A stretch of 32,000 nt of DNA from Candidatus Nanopusillus acidilobi (GTDB lineage Archaea; Nanobdellota; Nanobdellia; Nanobdellales; Nanobdellaceae), in contig CP010514.1 in the NCBI GenBank assembly GCA_001552015.1, positions 360,001 through 392,000 on the forward strand, in the 5' to 3' direction. Of the stretch, positions 27,019 to 32,000 are shown piece by piece; position 1 is the stretch's first letter, and each line of letters opens with the position of its first letter. The notes under the pieces are model-generated. The model made no database searches. It was given only the letters and a program-made list of their open reading frames with translations, and was not told where the DNA came from. A program made the translations under genes and the position numbers.

Positions 27019-28218
27019 ATGGATGATATAATATATCCTGATCTATCAATAATAATATTGGGACATGTTGATCATGGAAAAACAACATTGGCAAAATCAT
27101 TAACAGGTCAATGGTTATCAAAACATTCTGAAGAAATAAAAAGAGGATTAACAATAAAATTGGGATATGCAGATTTTACAATATATAAATGTGAAGAACA
27201 TGGATATTTTACAGAAAAAATATGTCCAATATGCAATAAAGAAAATAAACCAGTAAGAAAAATATCTATTGTAGATGCACCTGGTCATGAAAGTTTATTG
27301 ATGGTAATGTTAACTGGAGCTGCAATTGTTGATGCTGCTATATTAGTTATTGCTGCAAATGAACCAGTTCCACAACCACAAACATTAGAACATCTTGTAG
27401 CATTTAAATATTTAGGAGATAAACCATTAATAATTGTACAAAATAAAATTGATCTTGTAACAAAGGAAGAGGCAATGAAAAATTATCAGGAAATATTAAA
27501 TTTATTAGATAAATTAAATATTGATAAAAATAAAGTAAAAATAATTCCAATATCCGCAATAAATAATGTAAATATAAATTACTTATTAGAAGAATTAGCT
27601 AATTTACCAAAATCTGAAAAAGATGAAAATTCAGATCCAATATTTTTAATATCAAGATCATTTGACGTAAATAAACCAGGTACTGATATAGAAAAATTGA
27701 TTGGAGGAGTTTTGGGAGGAAGTTTACTAAAAGGTAAATTAAAATTAAATGATGAAATAGAAATAAGACCTGGATTGTTTATTAATAATAAGTGGATTCC
27801 TATAAAAACAAAAATAGTTTCATTAAAGCAAGGTAATCATAATGTAGAAGAAATATTACCGAGAGGAACTGCAGGAATTGGGACAAGTTTAGATCCTTCA
27901 GTTACAAAAGATGATACATTATCAGGACAAATTGCTGGATATTCAAATAAATTACCTCCACAATATGATGAAATAAAGGTAAAATATGAAATAATAAAAG
28001 AATTATTTAATGAAAATGAAAAAATTCAAAAAGGAGAAGCAATAATTGTAGGATTATATAATATAATTTCTGATGGAATTATAAAAAACATAGAAAAGGG
28101 AAATGTAATTACTATAAAGTTGAATAAACCAGTTTTAGGATATAAAGATGATAAAGTAATAATATTAAGAAATATTAATAAAAGATGGAAGATATTTGCA
28201 ATTGGTAAATTATTATGA
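27019..28218 (+). CDS. eif2g: Translation initiation factor aIF2 gamma subunit
   Basis: IIILGHVDHGKTTLAKSLTG, EIKRGLTIKLGYA, VDAPGHESLLMVMLTGAAIVDAAILVIAANEPVPQPQTLEHL, NKIDLV. Confidence 0.98.
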   Translation: MDDIIYPDLSIIILGHVDHGKTTLAKSLTGQWLSKHSEEIKRGLTIKLGYADFTIYKCEEHGYFTEKICPICNKENKPVRKISIVDAPGHESLLMVMLTGAAIVDAAILVIAANEPVPQPQTLEHLVAFKYLGDKPLIIVQNKIDLVTKEEAMKNYQEILNLLDKLNIDKNKVKIIPISAINNVNINYLLEELANLPKSEKDENSDPIFLISRSFDVNKPGTDIEKLIGGVLGGSLLKGKLKLNDEIEIRPGLFINNKWIPIKTKIVSLKQGNHNVEEILPRGTAGIGTSLDPSVTKDDTLSGQIAGYSNKLPPQYDEIKVKYEIIKELFNENEKIQKGEAIIVGLYNIISDGIIKNIEKGNVITIKLNKPVLGYKDDKVIILRNINKRWKIFAIGKLL

Positions 28219-28622
28219 AATACAAAATATTAATTGATACAAACATATTTTTTATTCCATTTTATGAGAATTTTGATATAATAAATGAATTAAAAGATTT
28301 TTTAATGAAAAATAATATTGAATACGAAGGATTTTATACATTAAGAAAAAATATTATTGAAATTGAAAATAAAATAAATAGCTCAAAATCTGAAAAATGG
28401 AAAAAAATATATAATTTAGTATTAGAATATATAAAAAAGAATAACATAAATATTATAGAAACAAAAGAAAATTATGAAAAAACAGATAGACTTATAATAA
28501 AAACAGCATTATCTGATAAATTTATTGTATGTACATTAGATAAAAATTTAAGAATGATATTAAAGAAACTAAATATACCAGTAATTTTTTATTCAAATAA
28601 GAGATTACATATAATATGGTAA
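28215..28622 (+). CDS. PIN-domain nuclease, Fcf1-like
   Basis: ILIDTNIFFIPF, VCTLDKNLRMILKKLNIPVIFYSNKR; directly downstream of aIF2-gamma. Confidence 0.83.
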   Translation: MKYKILIDTNIFFIPFYENFDIINELKDFLMKNNIEYEGFYTLRKNIIEIENKINSSKSEKWKKIYNLVLEYIKKNNINIIETKENYEKTDRLIIKTALSDKFIVCTLDKNLRMILKKLNIPVIFYSNKRLHIIW

Positions 28623-29464
28623 CAAATGCAGGACCAGAATTTTATGCCGCAAAAGAAAAATATGAAAATGCTAAAACTCCAGAAGAAAAATTAAAATATT
28701 TATATGAAATGTTAAAAACTGCTCCAAAACATAAAGGATCTGAACATTTAATTGCATGGATAAATAAAAAAATATCAGAATATGAAAAAATGATTGAAGA
28801 AGGTAAATATAAAAAGGGAGGAAGTAGTATAAAATTAATAGAGAAATCCGGTGATATTTTAATAAGTATATTGGGAATAGAAAATACTGGAAAAAGCTAT
28901 TTTTTAAGGAAATTTACAAATGCAAATGTTGAAGTAAGTGAAATTCCATTTTCTACAATAAATCCAGCAATTGGTACAATATTTTATAATTGCGTATATT
29001 ATCAATTTGTTGAAATTCCATCTACATTTGAAAGAAAATTTAGATCAATTTTATCATTATCTGATTATTATATATTAATATTAGATGAAAAAAGAAATAT
29101 AGAAGAACAATTGGAAAGAATAAATAAATTTTCTGAGGGAATAATTGAATTTAGTACAATTCCAAATAATAAATATAAAATAATATATAATAAATTTGAT
29201 GATTTTAAAGATATAAATTTACAAGAAATATTAGAAAATATAATTAAAGATTTAGATTTAATAAGAGTAAAACCAATAGATTCTGATCATTGCGTAATAT
29301 TAAATAAAGATTCTACTATAAAAGACTTCATTGAAAAAATAAATAAAAAATGGATAGATAAATTTAGATATGCAAAGATAATTAGAGGAGATAAAATTAT
29401 AAGAGCTGGATTAAATTATAAATTAGAAGATAGAGATATTGTTGAATTAAAATTAAAAATATAA
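28616..29464 (+). CDS. DRG/Obg-type GTPase with C-terminal TGS domain
   Basis: EFYAAKEKYENAKTPEEKLKYLYEMLKTAPKHKGSEHL, degenerate P-loop ILGIENTGKSYFLRKFT, TGS-like end GDKIIRAGLNYKLEDRDIVELKL. Confidence 0.85.
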   Translation: MVTNAGPEFYAAKEKYENAKTPEEKLKYLYEMLKTAPKHKGSEHLIAWINKKISEYEKMIEEGKYKKGGSSIKLIEKSGDILISILGIENTGKSYFLRKFTNANVEVSEIPFSTINPAIGTIFYNCVYYQFVEIPSTFERKFRSILSLSDYYILILDEKRNIEEQLERINKFSEGIIEFSTIPNNKYKIIYNKFDDFKDINLQEILENIIKDLDLIRVKPIDSDHCVILNKDSTIKDFIEKINKKWIDKFRYAKIIRGDKIIRAGLNYKLEDRDIVELKLKI

Positions 29465-29725
29465 TTATTTATGTTTTTCAAGCTTTTCCTTTAATTCTAT
29501 TATATCTTTTCTAGTATATTCTATTAATATTGCAATTACAGATAACCATAATACTCCTAACCATGTAAATAAAGCTGCTATAACCATAGCAGCTGAACCT
29601 TGTAGTGCAAGTGGTAGTTCTATGCTTTTAAACATCAAAAGATATCCCAATATCATATTAATAAAAAATCCTACCAGCAATATTATTTCTAACAAATTTG
29701 GTGTTTTGTAATCAAAGCCAACCAT
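29465..29725 (-). CDS. Small membrane protein
   Basis: 86 aa, two TM segments plus charged tail; abuts the convergent GTPase gene. Confidence 0.6.
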   Translation of the reverse strand: MVGFDYKTPNLLEIILLVGFFINMILGYLLMFKSIELPLALQGSAAMVIAALFTWLGVLWLSVIAILIEYTRKDIIELKEKLEKHK

Positions 29726-29761
29726 TATTAATTTTTAAATTAAATATTTATATATATTTCT

Positions 29762-30235
29762 ATGAAAAGTTTAGATAAAAAATCAAGAAAAAATTTAATC
29801 GAATTATTAAAAACAAATTATAAAATAGAATGCGAAAAATTAAAAAATGAAAATATATTTTTAGATGAAGAAAATAATATTTACGTATATAATAATATTC
29901 CAATAGCGTTTATAAGAGATAATAAAATATATCCAACAATATTTTTGATAAATGAATGTGAAACAAATATGAATTATATTAAAGTAAATATTGGGGCAAA
30001 AGAAAAAATATTAAATGGTGCAGATGTATTTAGACCTGGAATAATTGAATTTTCAGATTTCAAAAAAGATGAAATAATATTAGTAATATCTGAGGATAAT
30101 AAATTATTAGCAATTGGAAGAGCATTATATGATAGCAATGATGCTATTAAAATGAAAAAAGGAAAAATAGTAGAAAATATACATTATTATGGAGATAAAA
30201 TAACAAAATATTATTTAAATAAAATTAAAAATTGA
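29762..30235 (+). CDS. PUA-domain RNA-binding protein (Tma20/MCT-1-like)
   Basis: IKVNIGAKEKILNGADVFRPGIIEFSDFKKDEIILVISEDNKLLAIGRALYDS. Confidence 0.85.
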   Translation: MKSLDKKSRKNLIELLKTNYKIECEKLKNENIFLDEENNIYVYNNIPIAFIRDNKIYPTIFLINECETNMNYIKVNIGAKEKILNGADVFRPGIIEFSDFKKDEIILVISEDNKLLAIGRALYDSNDAIKMKKGKIVENIHYYGDKITKYYLNKIKN

Positions 30236-31360
30236 TTTTTGTTTTAATAAATTACTATATTTTCTTAATTTATATACTGAAACATTATATTTATTCATAA
30301 ATTTATTATTTAGATATTGAATTAGTTCATTATAATCATCAAATTTTTCTATCAAATTATTTAACATATACTTTGTTCCTTCTCTAACAACCCAAACACC
30401 TAGAGGAACTTTATATTCTTTTGTTACAAATCTAAATACAACTAAATTTCCAATCATTTTATAATTTCTCATAAATTCTGCAAAAGATAATTTTAAAGCA
30501 CTATAACCTCCTGATTCATCATCTCTGCCAATTATACTATATTTGAAATTCAAATTATATGCAGAACCTGGTATTAATGTTTCAATCAATTCACAATTTC
30601 CATTACCTGGGAAAAATACTCCATAAAAATCATTTCCATATAAAGAATAATAGAATAAGTAATATTTATCATTAATTTTAGAATAATCCTTTATTTCTTC
30701 CTTTATTTTTTTCTCTAGAATTTCATGAACTGCAGTTATTGCCCATTTACTTGGAACTAATTTTTTATTTATCTTATATCCAAAGAATCCCATTGAAAAT
30801 AATCTTGATAAATAATAATCAGACATCCCAGATTTATATAAATAATATATAGAATCTTCTGCCTTCATTTCTTCTATTTTATATATCTCATTTGGTATTT
30901 TTGGATTTTCATTTATCTTTATTTTATCTATTATACCAGAATATCCATATAAACCTATTATCTTTGAAATTTTCATATTTTCACTTATTTTATTTAGATG
31001 TATTTCTAAATTTATTGATTTAACTGACAACATTGAATCTAAAATTTCATTATATAATCTATCATTTTTTCTTGGTAAATTCGCATCTACAATCTTCTTT
31101 GCATTTATTAAACTTATTCTACTCTTTATAATTTCTTCAACATCTATATTATTTTTTGCCCAATATATAGGATTATCATATAATTCTATATTTTCATTAT
31201 AAGATGTTAAAACACCTAAAGACAATTTGGGATAGTTAATTGAACTGATTAAATTTGATGGAGGAGTATATCCATTTATCTCCTTTTTTAATATTATAGA
31301 TTTTCCATATAATTTCTTATATTTTTCTGCAAGTTTTTTTGCATTTACGACATCTATCAT
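30215..31360 (-). CDS. Nre-family DNA repair protein
   Basis: GYTPPSNLISSINYPKLSLGVL, NKKLVPSKWAITAVHEIL, LYGNDFYGVFFPG; C-terminal PIP-like QKSIFNFI. Confidence 0.85.
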   Translation of the reverse strand: MIDVVNAKKLAEKYKKLYGKSIILKKEINGYTPPSNLISSINYPKLSLGVLTSYNENIELYDNPIYWAKNNIDVEEIIKSRISLINAKKIVDANLPRKNDRLYNEILDSMLSVKSINLEIHLNKISENMKISKIIGLYGYSGIIDKIKINENPKIPNEIYKIEEMKAEDSIYYLYKSGMSDYYLSRLFSMGFFGYKINKKLVPSKWAITAVHEILEKKIKEEIKDYSKINDKYYLFYYSLYGNDFYGVFFPGNGNCELIETLIPGSAYNLNFKYSIIGRDDESGGYSALKLSFAEFMRNYKMIGNLVVFRFVTKEYKVPLGVWVVREGTKYMLNNLIEKFDDYNELIQYLNNKFMNKYNVSVYKLRKYSNLLKQKSIFNFI

Positions 31361-31394
31361 TAGATTTTTATTTATTTTTTAAATTATAAGTTTG

Positions 31395-32000
31395 ATGGAT
31401 ATAATAAATATACCGACAAAGTATAAATTAAAAGAAATTAAAAATTTAGATGAATTAAAAAAATATTTACCAAAAAAATTTGCTTTGGTATCTTTAACAC
31501 AATATTCTGAATATACTAAAAAAATATATGAAATATTAAAAGAAAATTATGAAATAATATTAAAGGAAGGATTATATGGTATAAATGTTTTGGGATGCTA
31601 TTCAGAACCTGCAAATATAGAAGAAGTAGATACAGTACTATTAATTGGAAATGGAAAATTTCATGCAGAAAATATTATAAGAAAATTAAAGAAAAAGGTA
31701 ATTGTTTATGATCCAATATATGGAGAAATAAAAGTTTATGAACCAGATTATAATTTTGATAAAATTTTAGAATTTCTATTGAATAAATTAAAGAATTCAA
31801 AGAATATTGGAATAATATTATCAATAAAGCCTGGACAATATTATTATGAAGAAACATTAAAGATTAAAGATAAATTAGAAAAATCTGGAAAAAAAGTATA
31901 CTTATTTATTGGAGATACAATAGATATTTTACAATTATTAAATTTTCCATATATAGATTTCTGGATTTTCTCTGCATGTCCAAGATTGATTGATGATATA
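31395..32000 (+). CDS. dph2: Diphthamide synthase Dph2, N-terminal part (runs off the right edge)
   Basis: Hand translation: MDIINIPTKYKLKE...GLYGINVLGCYSEPANIEEVDTVLLIGNGKFHAENI...IGIILSIKPGQYYYEE...FPYIDFWIFSACPRLIDD; matches Dph2 Cys sites and the FHxxN, KPGQ and CPR motifs. Confidence 0.9.
   Translation, partial: MDIINIPTKYKLKEIKNLDELKKYLPKKFALVSLTQYSEYTKKIYEILKENYEIILKEGLYGINVLGCYSEPANIEEVDTVLLIGNGKFHAENIIRKLKKKVIVYDPIYGEIKVYEPDYNFDKILEFLLNKLKNSKNIGIILSIKPGQYYYEETLKIKDKLEKSGKKVYLFIGDTIDILQLLNFPYIDFWIFSACPRLIDDI

Noticed and set aside
28215-28622. PIN-domain gene considered as a VapC toxin of a toxin-antitoxin pair
   Set aside because: No antitoxin gene next to it; operon position after aIF2-gamma and CTLDKNLR...VPVI motif fit the Fcf1-like housekeeping PIN protein.
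31675-31857. Minus-strand ORF 31675-31857
   Set aside because: Antisense to Dph2, which has clear family motifs.
1-32000. CRISPR array, restriction-modification, transposase or prophage
   Set aside because: No regularly spaced repeats, integrase/transposase motifs or defence genes seen on either strand; content is core archaeal.

Overview
This is a 32 kb, very AT-rich, gene-dense archaeal chromosomal segment. The gene content and style (tiny genome, overlapping genes, fast-evolving informational genes) resemble the Nanoarchaeota/DPANN. That placement is an inference from protein motifs; no search was run. The window reads almost entirely as core informational genes:
- replication and repair: reverse gyrase 5' part, GINS, family B DNA polymerase, Nre repair protein, Alba
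- RNA metabolism: RtcB, Nop10, PUA protein, TtuA/Ncs6-like protein, NOL1/NOP2/sun methyltransferase, Fcf1-like PIN protein
- translation: L44e, S17e, aIF2-alpha, aIF2-gamma, pelota, CysRS, Dph2
- other: RpoN, YchF-like and TGS GTPases, AdkA, pyrophosphatase, prepilin peptidase
There are five tRNA genes (Gln-UUG, initiator Met-CAU, Arg-UCG, Leu-CAG, Leu-GAG). I also read two C/D-box sRNA genes directly from box motifs with exact 12-nt guides; neither is in the ORF track. Nop10 (58 aa) and two edge-truncated genes (reverse gyrase, Dph2) are missing from the track as well. There is no CRISPR array, transposase or defence island. The most unusual items are: (1) a cysteine-free, strongly eroded aldehyde:ferredoxin oxidoreductase homologue that looks like a pseudoenzyme and whose last codons and stop lie inside a tRNA gene; (2) the two C/D sRNAs, one with plausible 23S targets for both guides; (3) TATA-like boxes about 24-30 bp upstream of tRNA 5' ends, suggesting leaderless tRNAs; (4) a possible surface-protein/pilin-like cluster; (5) an unexplained 170-bp gap with a nested stem.
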